This document shows positions 16,541 through 27,300 of a stretch of DNA of 34,833 bases, one piece after another. This DNA is from a virus. Taxonomy: Duplodnaviria > Caudoviricetes. Both the position numbers and the translations under genes were made by a program. How positions within the stretch are numbered: the stretch's first letter is position 1; each line of letters starts with the position of its first letter. The notes below the pieces were generated by a model, which was not told where the DNA came from, searched no databases, and saw only the letters and a program-made list of their open reading frames with translations. The stretch covers positions 1 through 34,833 of the IMG/VR virus record IMGVR_UViG_3300046779_000811. The stretch is one strand, 5' to 3'.

Positions 16541-16981
16541 ATGGAAAATTTAGATAACACAGTTGAAGAAACACAAACTGAGGCTCCTGTTGAAATCGTA
16601 GAAACTCCAGTTGTTGAAGAAGTAACTCCAGAACCAGTCAAGGTTGAAGAGGCTCCAGAAGCAGTTGAAGAGCAAGCGGTTGTAGGAACAGATTCACTTG
16701 CTGAGTCTACTGCAGAAGTACAAGCAGTAGGAACTGTAGCAGGTGGAGCAATCGGAGTTGCTTCAGCACCTCGTGCTCCAAAGAAGGCAGCACCAGCAAA
16801 GAAGAAGTCAGCAAAGGAAACTGTAGCGCTTCATTCTACAAAGAATGTTACATGGCCAGGCGTAGGCAAGGTCTACAAGGGTTACAACATTGTTGAAAAG
16901 GATATTGCTGATCAGTGGCTAACACGCTCACATATCCGCACTGCAACACCAGAAGAGGTTGCCAAGGAATTTGGTAAGTAA
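16541..16981 (+). CDS. Hypothetical head-associated protein (acidic low-complexity N-terminus, Lys/Ala linker, small C-terminal domain)
   Basis: Own promoter and strong RBS; lies between the capsid and adaptor genes. Confidence 0.75.
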   Translation: MENLDNTVEETQTEAPVEIVETPVVEEVTPEPVKVEEAPEAVEEQAVVGTDSLAESTAEVQAVGTVAGGAIGVASAPRAPKKAAPAKKKSAKETVALHSTKNVTWPGVGKVYKGYNIVEKDIADQWLTRSHIRTATPEEVAKEFGK

Positions 16982-16982
16982 T

Positions 16983-17894
16983 ATGGAAATATTGAGAGTT
17001 CCGCCTTATCCAGATACTATTGATTTAACTTATATAATTCCACAAGGAGTTTTGTCAAGCGACGAGTTAAGTTATGTAGTAACGGATTTGGCGGATCTTT
17101 CATATTCCCAAGATACTTTTTCTGGGGTTCCTGGAGATGAGATCTTAATTCCAGTCTCTGGAAGATTTGATACAACGTATCAACTAAAAGTTTTTAAGAA
17201 TAGCGCAAAGGTCTTTGAAGACTTCTATACGCTAGTAAGACCATATGTCAACCCAAGTGAACACGGTACAACTGCATCAGAGATCAGCCAATATCAGCAA
17301 TTAGATGCAGATGTCAGAGCGATCATTGATACACACATTACAGATGGTTTTTATAATAAGAAGAAGAGCATTCAGGCAGTTGGACAAGGCGGAGACTACT
17401 TTAGTCTATGGGAGCCAGTCAATGAAATTTTGCAAGTTTACGAGAACAATGTTTTGGTATACGATGTCAATACACCAGAAACAAATATTCTAAGTTATTC
17501 TGTTACACCAGACGGATCTGCAATTCAACGAACAGAAACAGAATTGTACAACCGTGCAGAGCAGGGAGTTCAAAGATATCCAGCATCTTACGGAGACCTG
17601 GGCTACATTGGTCCTTCTAAGTCTGTAGACTTTCCAAGAGGATACGACTATACATTCGTTGTAGACAGCGGATACAAGATGTTGCCATCAGATGTTAAGC
17701 GAGCAGCAGCAATGTTGATGGAAGACATCAAGTGCGGTAAACTTGATTACTACACAAAGTATGTAACATCATATAATACAGATCAGTATAAGGTTCAGTT
17801 TGACAAGAGAATGCTTGAGGGAACTGGCAACGCTCTTGTTGATAAGATATTAGATAAATACGCAAAGACAATAACTAGACCTGGATTGTTGTAA
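16983..17894 (+). CDS. Putative head-tail adaptor/connector with an N-terminal extension
   Basis: ATG 16983 follows the upstream stop; RAIIDTHITDGF and FVVDSGYKMLPSDVKRAAAML (GY..LP..VK.A motif), ending VDKILDKY; syntenic position. Confidence 0.7.
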   Translation: MEILRVPPYPDTIDLTYIIPQGVLSSDELSYVVTDLADLSYSQDTFSGVPGDEILIPVSGRFDTTYQLKVFKNSAKVFEDFYTLVRPYVNPSEHGTTASEISQYQQLDADVRAIIDTHITDGFYNKKKSIQAVGQGGDYFSLWEPVNEILQVYENNVLVYDVNTPETNILSYSVTPDGSAIQRTETELYNRAEQGVQRYPASYGDLGYIGPSKSVDFPRGYDYTFVVDSGYKMLPSDVKRAAAMLMEDIKCGKLDYYTKYVTSYNTDQYKVQFDKRMLEGTGNALVDKILDKYAKTITRPGLL

Positions 17895-18340
17895 TGTTGT
17901 GCGAGGGCAAAGACTTTACGTTCCCAATGCAAGTAGATGTTTTCTATCCTACTGTTGAACAGGGTGCATATGGAAATGTCAAGAAGCAGTGGATGCTTAA
18001 TAAAACAGTTGCTTGTCACTTTACAACTGCTGGTTTAAAGACCAAAGAAGAAATTGTTCCAAACGTAAACATCACTCAAGACACCATGCTTATTGGAAGA
18101 GTCAAGTCAGACATTAGAATCTCTAACCTTGACTCAGGGACTTCTCTTACTAACGTAGTTTTAACAAACATTCAAGATGCTCACTGTAACAGCATATATA
18201 TGGAAACATCTGGAGTTCGTGCAGGCAAGTCTACAATATTTGAGGTTGCTTCACAAGAGCCTTTTGTGGGTCCATTTGGCAATGTAGAGTATTACAAGTT
18301 AGTTCTTCGTAGATCTGAAAATCAGGCGGTAGATATATGA
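17894..18340 (+). CDS. Putative head closure (stopper) protein
   Basis: 148 aa, beta-rich, QGAYGNVKKQW near the N-terminus; TAATG-coupled after the adaptor. Confidence 0.55.
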   Translation: MLCEGKDFTFPMQVDVFYPTVEQGAYGNVKKQWMLNKTVACHFTTAGLKTKEEIVPNVNITQDTMLIGRVKSDIRISNLDSGTSLTNVVLTNIQDAHCNSIYMETSGVRAGKSTIFEVASQEPFVGPFGNVEYYKLVLRRSENQAVDI

Positions 18341-19008
18341 TATCTGTTAAGATTAATGATAAGCATCTAATGAGAGATCTAAACAATATTATTGAATACT
18401 CATTCGGATTCCTTGAGGGAATTAACAAGGGCAAGAGAGTATTTCTAGATAACCTTGGTAAGGATGTTACAGAGATGGTTAAGGAGTTTGTTGACTCAAG
18501 CGCTAGAGTAAATCCATCTAGACTACATCACATCTATGAGTGGTATCAAACAGGAAGTCCAGAAGCAAGATTATTTGACATTAACTACACTGTTAGCAAC
18601 CTAGGTCTTTCATTTAAGTCTACACTCTCTCAATCAAGAAGCATCAAAGATGGATCAACTACACCGTTTTATGACAAGGCAAGAATTATGGAAGAAGGCA
18701 TTCCAGTTACTATCGTTCCCGTGAAAGCAAAGGTTTTGAACTTTGAAGTAAACGGAGAAGAGGTATTTACAAAAGGTCCTGTAATAGTTGACAACCCTGG
18801 TGGAAATACACAGGCTGGATTTGAGTCAACTGTTGATCAGTTCTTCTCTCAGTATTTTTCTCAAGCATTCCTACGCAAGTCTGGCGCAATGTCAGAACTA
18901 GAGAATGCACAGATTTATAAAAATAACTTTGCTGCTGGCTCAAGGCAGGGAAGAGGAAAGGGCATTGAAACTGGCTATCGCTGGATAGTAAATGCAAAGG
19001 TATCATAA
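18337..19008 (+). CDS. Putative neck/tail-completion protein
   Basis: Synteny between stopper and tail terminator; ARIMEEG...IVPVKAKVLNF motif; ATGA overlap. Confidence 0.5.
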   Translation: MISVKINDKHLMRDLNNIIEYSFGFLEGINKGKRVFLDNLGKDVTEMVKEFVDSSARVNPSRLHHIYEWYQTGSPEARLFDINYTVSNLGLSFKSTLSQSRSIKDGSTTPFYDKARIMEEGIPVTIVPVKAKVLNFEVNGEEVFTKGPVIVDNPGGNTQAGFESTVDQFFSQYFSQAFLRKSGAMSELENAQIYKNNFAAGSRQGRGKGIETGYRWIVNAKVS

Positions 19009-19529
19009 TGGCAATTTATCACCCACCTACATTTATTAATGCTTATCTAATAGATAAGACCACTGAATTTAATGCTGGAGATGGCATTCCATTTTTTCCA
19101 ACTAGCCCAACATCCATAGACGACCTAACAGAAACATTTCCTATGAGTTCTACAACGTTTTGTGTCTATGATCGTATGCTTAAGATGAGAAGGTCTCCAT
19201 TTCCACACATCAAATCAGAACAGTTGATGTATTACTTTTATTCTAAGGGGTCAAATGCTATATCTAATGTAATCAATGTTACACAAAAAGTCCAAGATCT
19301 ACTAGACTATGAGGATGAGTCTGCACAAGACTTAAATGATTGGATCAGAAATAAGCAAAAATCCTCCAATCCATTAAGGGATGACTCTGGACAGCCATTC
19401 CCGATGGTCTTTTTCCACAGGCTCAAAATCTATCAACTCCAAGAAACCAGAGATATTATTGACTTTGGTACAGCCCGTACCTACGCTGGTAACAAGATTA
19501 TCATAGACTATGACTGGCATAAGTCATAA
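19008..19529 (+). CDS. Putative tail terminator protein
   Basis: 173 aa directly before the major tail protein; the function call rests on synteny. Confidence 0.5.
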   Translation: MAIYHPPTFINAYLIDKTTEFNAGDGIPFFPTSPTSIDDLTETFPMSSTTFCVYDRMLKMRRSPFPHIKSEQLMYYFYSKGSNAISNVINVTQKVQDLLDYEDESAQDLNDWIRNKQKSSNPLRDDSGQPFPMVFFHRLKIYQLQETRDIIDFGTARTYAGNKIIIDYDWHKS

Positions 19530-19536
19530 TAAACGC

Positions 19537-19545
19537 TGTTATAAT
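19537..19545 (+). promoter_or_regulatory. Extended -10 promoter TGTTATAAT for the major tail gene
   Basis: Intergenic; GAGGTGA RBS before ATG 19602. Confidence 0.75.
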
Positions 19546-19601
19546 TGGTAGTGAGGAAACAAACGCCTTTATTTCAAAACAGAAAAAAGAGGTGAAAAAA
19601 T

Positions 19602-20234
19602 ATGGCATATTCAAGAGGTAACAGTTCTCAGATTATCGTGGGTGCAGCAGCGCTGTTCACATACGAACTCGGCGAACTTTCAAATGCCGATCTACCAGCA
19701 TACGTAGACGGTACTTCTTACAAGGATACTCTTACAGGAACCGACTTGGCTCCTACAGATTTCCGCAATGTTGGATATACATCTAACGGTCTCGAAATCA
19801 TGTTCCAACCAGACTTCGCAGAAGTTGCAGTGGACCAGGTACTCGATGCAGCAAAACTCTTCAAGCAGGGCATGCAGGTTAACATGAAGACTTCTTTCGC
19901 AGAAGCAACTTTAGAAAACCTTCTTTTTGCACTTGCAGGAAAAGATGCAGATCTCGCAACCGTGAGCGGTAACCCAACACTCAACATGTCAGCAGGCGAT
20001 ATTGGCGAATGTCCAGTAGAGCGTGGACTTGTTGCAGTAGGCCCAGGTACAGGTGACTGTGCTGAAGGTTCAAACTTGGAAAGAATTTACGCAGCATATC
20101 GTGCACTTTCAATTGAGAGCGTTACAGTATCTGCTAAGAGAGATGCAGCGACAATGTTCGATGTAACTTTCCGCCTTCTTCCAAACAATGATGGTTCATA
20201 CGGTAAGATCGTTGATCGTACTGTAACAGACTAA
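19602..20234 (+). CDS. Major tail (tube) protein
   Basis: IIVGAAALF, FRNVGYTSNGLEIMFQPDFAEVAVDQ, FAEATLENL, FDVTFRLLP; own promoter and terminator; upstream of chaperones and tape measure. Confidence 0.85.
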   Translation: MAYSRGNSSQIIVGAAALFTYELGELSNADLPAYVDGTSYKDTLTGTDLAPTDFRNVGYTSNGLEIMFQPDFAEVAVDQVLDAAKLFKQGMQVNMKTSFAEATLENLLFALAGKDADLATVSGNPTLNMSAGDIGECPVERGLVAVGPGTGDCAEGSNLERIYAAYRALSIESVTVSAKRDAATMFDVTFRLLPNNDGSYGKIVDRTVTD

Positions 20235-20253
20235 TACAATTTAATATAAGATT

Positions 20254-20295
20254 AGCCCAGACCCTTGAAAGTCTGGGCTTTTCTGTTTTCTTTTT
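20254..20295 (+). terminator. Intrinsic terminator after the major tail gene
   Basis: AGCCCAGAC-CCTTGAAA-GTCTGGGCT perfect 9-bp stem followed by TTTCTGTTTTCTTTTT. Confidence 0.9.
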
Positions 20296-20303
20296 GGTAT
20301 ACT
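20295..20303 (+). promoter_or_regulatory. Extended -10 promoter TGGTATACT, leaderless
   Basis: 6 nt before ATG 20310, no SD. Confidence 0.7.
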
Positions 20304-20309
20304 GTTTAG

Positions 20310-20987
20310 ATGGCAAAACAAGTATACAAAACTGGGTACGTAGAAGATATTAATGGAAATATCATAAAGGTATCCCCACTTAAGATTAAATATATGAGAG
20401 ACTTCATGGATAAGTTTATTCTGGTCTCACAAACACAGGATCAAGAAGAAGCCCTAGATTTAGTTATCGAATGTGTATTTATCTCAATGCAACAGTTTGC
20501 CCCCAATGTTTATTTAGATAAAGATGTAGTAGCAAACAGTTTCGACCTCAAAACACTTTATAAGATATTAGAGTATGCTGCAGAAATTAAAACATCTACA
20601 CCACAGGGTAGCGAGCAAGAGTCTAAGGACGGAGCAACTTGGGCAGACATAGATTTACCAACACTAGAGGCAGAAGCATTTTTGACGGGGATCTGGAAGA
20701 ACTTTGAAGAACTTGAGTCCTCTATATCAATGCCAGAACTAACACTCTTACTATCTACTAAAAGAGATTTAGAGTATCAGCAAAAGAAGTTCGATGCAGC
20801 AATGCAGGGCGTTAACCTTGATGAGGAAACTGATAAATCAGATCCTTGGGAAGACATGAAGGCTAGAGTATTTAGTGGTGGTAAAGCAAAGGACTCAAAT
20901 GACATTATGTCGTTTCAAGGTCCTAAAGCACAGAAGGCAGGGTTTGGTATTGGCATGGGATTAGACTACGAAGATTTGACAAAATAA
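20310..20987 (+). CDS. Tail assembly chaperone, long form (G-like domain plus C-terminal T-like extension)
   Basis: Between major tail and tape measure; the first ~95 aa align with the downstream short ORF. Confidence 0.7.
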   Translation: MAKQVYKTGYVEDINGNIIKVSPLKIKYMRDFMDKFILVSQTQDQEEALDLVIECVFISMQQFAPNVYLDKDVVANSFDLKTLYKILEYAAEIKTSTPQGSEQESKDGATWADIDLPTLEAEAFLTGIWKNFEELESSISMPELTLLLSTKRDLEYQQKKFDAAMQGVNLDEETDKSDPWEDMKARVFSGGKAKDSNDIMSFQGPKAQKAGFGIGMGLDYEDLTK

Positions 20988-20998
20988 GCGTACGTTCA

Positions 20999-21007
20999 TG
21001 CTATAAT
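20999..21007 (+). promoter_or_regulatory. Extended -10 promoter TGCTATAAT
   Basis: Intergenic perfect consensus; GGAGGA RBS at 21025-21030. Confidence 0.75.
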
Positions 21008-21033
21008 TAGTAATGTCTACAAACGGAGGAAAA

Positions 21034-21372
21034 ATGACTACAACAGTATATGAAGCAAACAAAGTAACACTTATGGACGGTACAGAACTTGAACTGAAGC
21101 CACTAAGCGTATCTTTGCTTCGTAAGTTTATGAAGACCTTTGACAAGATTGCAAAGGTAGCAGACGATAATGATAAATCAATGACAGTCCTAATGGAGTG
21201 TGTACAGATTGCACTAGAGCAGTACAAGCCAGAGTTGGCAAAGGATGCAGCAGCGTTGGAAGCAAATATTGATCTTCCTACGGTTTACAAGATTGTGGAT
21301 GTTGCGTCAGGTATTAAGTTGGGTGAGGATTCATTCTTGAATGCTGCCCTTGCTTCAGCAAACGCTGAATAA
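21034..21372 (+). CDS. Tail assembly chaperone, short (G-like) form
   Basis: ATG 21034 after GGAGGA (ATG 21013 is an alternative leaderless start); helical 112-aa protein directly before the tape measure. Confidence 0.75.
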   Translation: MTTTVYEANKVTLMDGTELELKPLSVSLLRKFMKTFDKIAKVADDNDKSMTVLMECVQIALEQYKPELAKDAAALEANIDLPTVYKIVDVASGIKLGEDSFLNAALASANAE

Positions 21373-21391
21373 GATAAAGAGGTGAGAATGA

Positions 21392-24300
21392 ATGTCAGAT
21401 GTTAATGCTAATATCAGCGTTAATATTGACACGTCTGCAGCCCTAGGTGAATTAAAAAATCTACAGCGACAGATCTCACAATTCCATAATCAAATAGCAA
21501 AATCGTCTGCATCAGCAGCGATAGCACAAAGAAACCTGCAGCAGGAATTCGTTAACTCGATCAATGCTACAGGTCAATTTGCTGCTCGCATGCAGACAAT
21601 CAAAACATCTGCCGAATCATTTACCACGTCACTTGAGAAGAACAAGTTCTCAATGCGTGAGTACTTTAGATACGGAGTAGCCTCCTCTAAAAGTTTTGGT
21701 AAAGTATTTAAAACCGAGTTTGAAACAATCAACAAGGTTGCCGAAGAGCGTGTAAGAAAATTACAGACACAGTATATTAAGATGGGCAGAGATGCCTCTG
21801 GAGCAATGAAGGCAATTGCCGTTACACCACTTGCTCTTGATATGGAAAACCTAAGTACAAAGACAATGATGGCTGCTCAAAAGCAGCAACTATTTAATCA
21901 ACTCTTAGCACAAGGAACAACAAACTTAATTAACTTTGGTAAGAATACTCAGTGGGCTGGTCGTCAGTTGATGGTTGGTTTTACAATCCCACTTAGCGTT
22001 TTTGGTTCTACAGCATCCAAGGCTTTTATGGATCTTGAAAAGCAAGTAATTAGATTTAAAAGAGTTTACGGAGACCTGTTTACTTTGCCATCTGAAACTG
22101 AAGCAAACTTGACAGTTATTAGAGGCCTGGCTTCAGAGTTTACCAAGTATGGTGTTGCTATTGCAGACACTATGTCTATTGCAGCAGATGCTGCAGCAGC
22201 AGGTTTCTCTGGTAGAAAACTTGAAGAACAAGTAAAGGCTGCAACTAAGTTATCTATCTTAGGTGAAGTAGAAAAGCAACAGGCTCTTTCTGCAACAATT
22301 GCAATTCAAACAGCGTTTAAGATGAACTCAGATCAACTTGCTGAGTCAATCAACTTCCTTAACGCAGTTGAAAACCAATCTGTCGTTAGCCTTCAAAACT
22401 TAACAGATGCTATTCCAAGAGTAGCACCAGTTATTCAAGGTCTTGGTGGAGACATCAAGGACATGTCCGTATTCCTTGCAGCAATGCAAGAGGGTGGTGT
22501 TAACGCAGCAGAAGCAGCAAACGGTCTTAAGTCTGCATTGGCCTCTATTATTAATCCAAGTAGGGCTGCTAAAGAAATGCTTGCCAGTGTTAATATTGAT
22601 TTAAATGCAATTACCACTCGAAACGAGGGTAACGTCATGAGAACAGTTCTAGACTTAGCAGAAGCAATGAAGGAACTAACACCTCTTGCAAGACAAAGAA
22701 TTCTTGAGCAACTGTTTGGTAAGTTCCAGTTTGCAAGAGTGTCAGCGCTCTTTGATAATATTGCTAGATCAGGATCACAAGCAGCAAATGCACTTGAACT
22801 TGCCAAAATGTCTTCACAAGATCTTGCAGCAGTTGCCAACAAAGAATTAAGTGCTATTGAAGAAAACACTGTCACAAAGTTTAAGGCATCTATTGAGGCA
22901 CTTAGAGAATCGATTGCCCCAGTAGGAGAGGCATTCCTTAAGGTTGTTACGCCAATCATTGAACTATTTACCAAGGTTTCAGATAAGTTTAACAACCTAT
23001 CAGATGGCACAAAAAAGGTTGTAACCACTCTTGTTACTTTGTTTGCTGGAGTGGGTCCAGTTGTTCTCATGTTGGTTGGTCTTATTGCTAACTTTGGTGG
23101 ACAGTTACTTAAACTGTTCGGCTTGATCAGAAATGGATACTTAAGGCTTAGTGGTCAGTCAAAGTTCTTGGGAGAACAAACACAATATCTTACAAGTGAG
23201 CAGATGCAGGCAGAGGCCGTCGCTCACTCACTTGACCAAGTTCACGCCAGACTAACACAGCGCTTCACAGTTGAAGCCGATGCCGTCAATAATTTACGCA
23301 ATGCTTATTTGTCCGCTGCTGCTGCTTCTGAAAGATTTGCCTTTAACAATCCAGGTATGATGGTTCCACAATCACGTCAGCCTAAGAGATATGCTGAGGG
23401 TGGAGTTATCAGTGGTCCAGGAACAGGAACATCCGATTCTATAATCGCACGAGTATCTAACGGTGAAGCAATTATTCCAGCAAAGTCTGTTGCAAGAAAT
23501 CCAGATTTGGTTAATGCTCTTGTATCAGGAAATATTCCTGGGTTTGCTACAGGAAAGAATCCAACCACTGGAACAGTTCTTGGCGGAACATTTAAATCAA
23601 GAAGATATTCTCCAGTTGCAATGATGGCTCCAGGAAATACACCTGGCGGATTTGGAATGGACAAGGAATGGCTTATGATGAACGAAGAAGCAAAGGCTTC
23701 TTTTGCTGCATCAATCAAGACAGCCATGATGATGGAGCAGGGCATACGTGCAACACAAGCAAACTATCGCAAGTTTGGCGAGAACCTTGCACCAACTCTA
23801 GACACAATTTTTGATATCTTTAAGCAAGGAGTTACAGATGATGTAACAAACATTGCACAGGTAGGACAAACACAATACCCAATAATTATTAAGAGTCTTG
23901 AAGACATGGCAAGGGCTGGACAGATTTCTGCAAGAGATATGGAGTCTATGTCTGTTGCTGTTAGAAAGATGCTTGCACCACTTGATAGCGACTTAACGCA
24001 ACAAAATCTACAAAGAGTTGAACTTGCAACAAATGATGCTGGAGAAAGTTTTGTAAAGAGAGCATCCACAGAAAGATTCGGCTTGAGTTATAAGGATCAA
24101 ATTAAAAAGTCATTTGCCTCAGAACTTGCAATGCGTGGAATGGATCAGCCAGCAGATTATCCTGGATCTTATCAATTTGCACACATTCCATACTCTGCAC
24201 CTACACAAACATATGTAGAACCATTCTTGCGTAAGAAGGCAGGCGCAGGATCTGCTATTGAACAACAAGTATTGCAAGAACTAAGAAATGGTGCAATCTT

Positions 24301-27300
24301 CAAGGAAGGCCAAATCTTAATTGAAAAACAAGCAATGCAAGTTGGAAGAGTTGCAGTAGGAGCGGTAGCCAAGGGAGCAGGCACAGCGTCCCCATCACAT
24401 ATAACTGATCAAACAGGACAAGATATTGATAACGGACTTATCATTGGAATGGAAAAGAGATCTGGAGCAGTTGCTGCAGCAGCAGCAAAGGTTGCTAATG
24501 GAGCAGTCACACAGTTTGAACAAACAGCCTCTGGACTTATTGTTCCATCAGGATATGGCGGGGGTGCAGGAGAGGCTGCTCTACCAGAAGGATTCACTAG
24601 AACATCTGGAATTTCAGACACAATGATTGGCCCAATGCCAAAGCAATCTCTTCGTGGTAAACTTACGGGTGCATACAAGAACTTTAAGGCACAACCACTT
24701 AAGACAAAAGCGTCAGCAATTTCAGGTGGAGCAATGCGTGGTGGAATGGTTGCATCAGGTGCCATGCTAGCAGCATCAATGATGCCAGGTCCTGTTGGAC
24801 AACTTGCACAAGCAGCAGCACCTGCTGTTATGGGGCTACAGTCACTTGCAATGGCACTGCCACTGTTGACAAATCCACTTGGATTAGCAGTTGCTGGAGT
24901 TGCAGCGGTAGCAGCAGGATTCTTCTTCTTAAGAAAGAAGCAGCAAGAGTACATCAAGGAACTACAAGATGCTGGCAAGAAAGAAGCAGAAGCACGTCTA
25001 GGTAATATTGAGTCGATTGAGGCTTATTCTAGATACGTTGGAGATAAGGCTCTTCCATCAGAAAGACAGTTTAATAGGGTCGGAGACAAGAGATTTATCG
25101 ATGCAGATCTGGCTAAGGCAGCAAACTTTAGAAAGTTCTACGCTGAAGAAGGAAAGACAATTGGAAATCAATTAGCAGGACGTGCTGGCAAAACTAACGC
25201 ACTTGATGTATCAGCAAGAGATGTTGCACAAAGAGCAGCAGCATTTGGTTTGGCACCTGCTGATATTGCAGCAAACATCAAGGCAGCAGCAGAACTATCT
25301 GGAGTAAGTGAGATTAAACTCAAGGGTAAGGTTCAAGAATTACTAAACAAAGATGGCAAGGATATCACTAAAGAGCCACTCACACTAGATGCACGTATTA
25401 ACTATTTGAGTAAAGCATCAGAAACAAGTCTTGCAGTTATTCAAAGAAAGATTGATCAGATCAAGCCACCACAACTTCAGACTGATGCAAATGGCAATGT
25501 TGACTATTATGGATATAATGCAGAAGTTCAAAAGAACAGAGAAACCCAAATCAAGAATACAAAGTTTGCGACAGTAGGACTTACGCTTGCACTAGAAGAT
25601 CAAAAGAACTCTTTGGCTATCCTTAATGGAATGTATGTTGATGGCAAGGTTACTGTTGATCAATATAATGCTGCATATGAAGCACAGATGGTTAACTTTA
25701 GAAATATTAAAAAGGCTACAGATGATTTGGTATTGAGCCTAGACAAGGTTGATCCAAGTGGAAAGGCATCTGCTGCTGCAATCGCAGATATGGCCGACCA
25801 AACATTTAAGGGATTAGAAAAAACAAATAAAAAGGTTGCAGCACTTCTTAAGAAGACAGTAACAAAGAGTTTGCCAAAGAACATGAGAACGGAAGTTCTT
25901 ATTGCCTATGCAAACGGAAGTTTGTCAGCAACAGATATTTTACAACTAGATGCAATTTTAAGTGATATGAAGGGTAAGACCTACGAGCAAAAGGTTAAGT
26001 ATGTTGCAGATCTAACTGGAATCTCAGAGGCGCTTACACTACAACTTGAAACAAGTTTGGCACTAGAAAATCTTAGAATTGCACAAGATAAATATCGTGC
26101 TGCAAAAGAAAGAGGAAGCACTGCGCTTGCTAAGTACAAGAAGAATCTTGATAACGCTAAGGGCTCTGTAGAAAAACTTAAGAAGGCTATTGAAGAGGGT
26201 GGCAAAGTAACCAAGGATTCTCCAGAAGTTCCTGGTACAACTGGGGTAAGCGAAGGTGGTTCTAAAGATAAGCCATACGCTTTTGTTGACGAACTACTTA
26301 AGAAATTAAAGTTAGTACGTAAGAATTCAATTGATGCAACTAAGGGCGTAAGTGGCTTTATTGCAGCCTTGAAGGGGGATATGACTGGCTTTAAGGGAAC
26401 AGATGAGTTACTTAGAGCAGGTGGGGCTACACAGGGCTTTATTGACATCATTGGCGGACTTGACGCTGTAACATTTAAGAAGATCGAGAAGAGACTATTT
26501 ACATTCACAAAAGATGGAAAGTTAAAGTTTGGTGACCTTGGCGCAGCAATCCAGAAGTTTACCAAGGAAGTTGAACTTGGAAGTTTTGTAGATCAACAAC
26601 AGCAGGTAGTGACAAACGCTGGTCAACAAATGACAGCCTATACTAAACTAAAGGCTGCTGGAGTTTCTGCAACAAAGATCACTGAGATTCTTGGAAATGA
26701 AGCATTGACTACTGCAGTCGCTGCTGAAAAGGTAGGAAGCACTGACTGGAAGAACTTTATTTCTGGTGCTAAAAAGGCAACTGGTTCAGTTACCGAACTT
26801 GGCAAGGCATTGAAGATTAATGCATTCTTAGCAGAGCAAGAACAAGAAACATCTACAGACAAAATGAATGAATACTTTGCTGCACAAGAAGCAATTATAA
26901 GACAGCAATCACGTGCAGACTTTACTAAGACACAGGGTATGAGTCCAGAAAAATATGAACAACTTATTGCAAAGCAACAAGAGTCTCTTGATTTAGCCCA
27001 AAAAGATGTAGATATAGAACAAGAAAAGATTGATCTCATTCAAGAAGAAATCGCTCTATTTAATAGAGGTCTAGAACTTATTGGACGAGAAGAAGAAGCA
27101 ATAAACAAATCTTACGAAAAAAGAACTAAAGCAATCGATGACCAGATTACTGCTCTTGAAGATGTTAAGAAGGTAAATCAACAACTTATAGATCAGCAAA
27201 AGCAACAAACAGATTTGGCAGGAGCACTCTCTTCTGGAGACTTGGGAGCAGCAGCAAAGATAGCACAAGAAATGCGAGCAGGCGCTGCACAGAATTCACA

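Noticed and set aside
20976-20981. TTGACA as the -35 element of the 20999 promoter
   Set aside because: The spacer to TATAAT is 20 nt, too long, and it lies within the upstream coding sequence.
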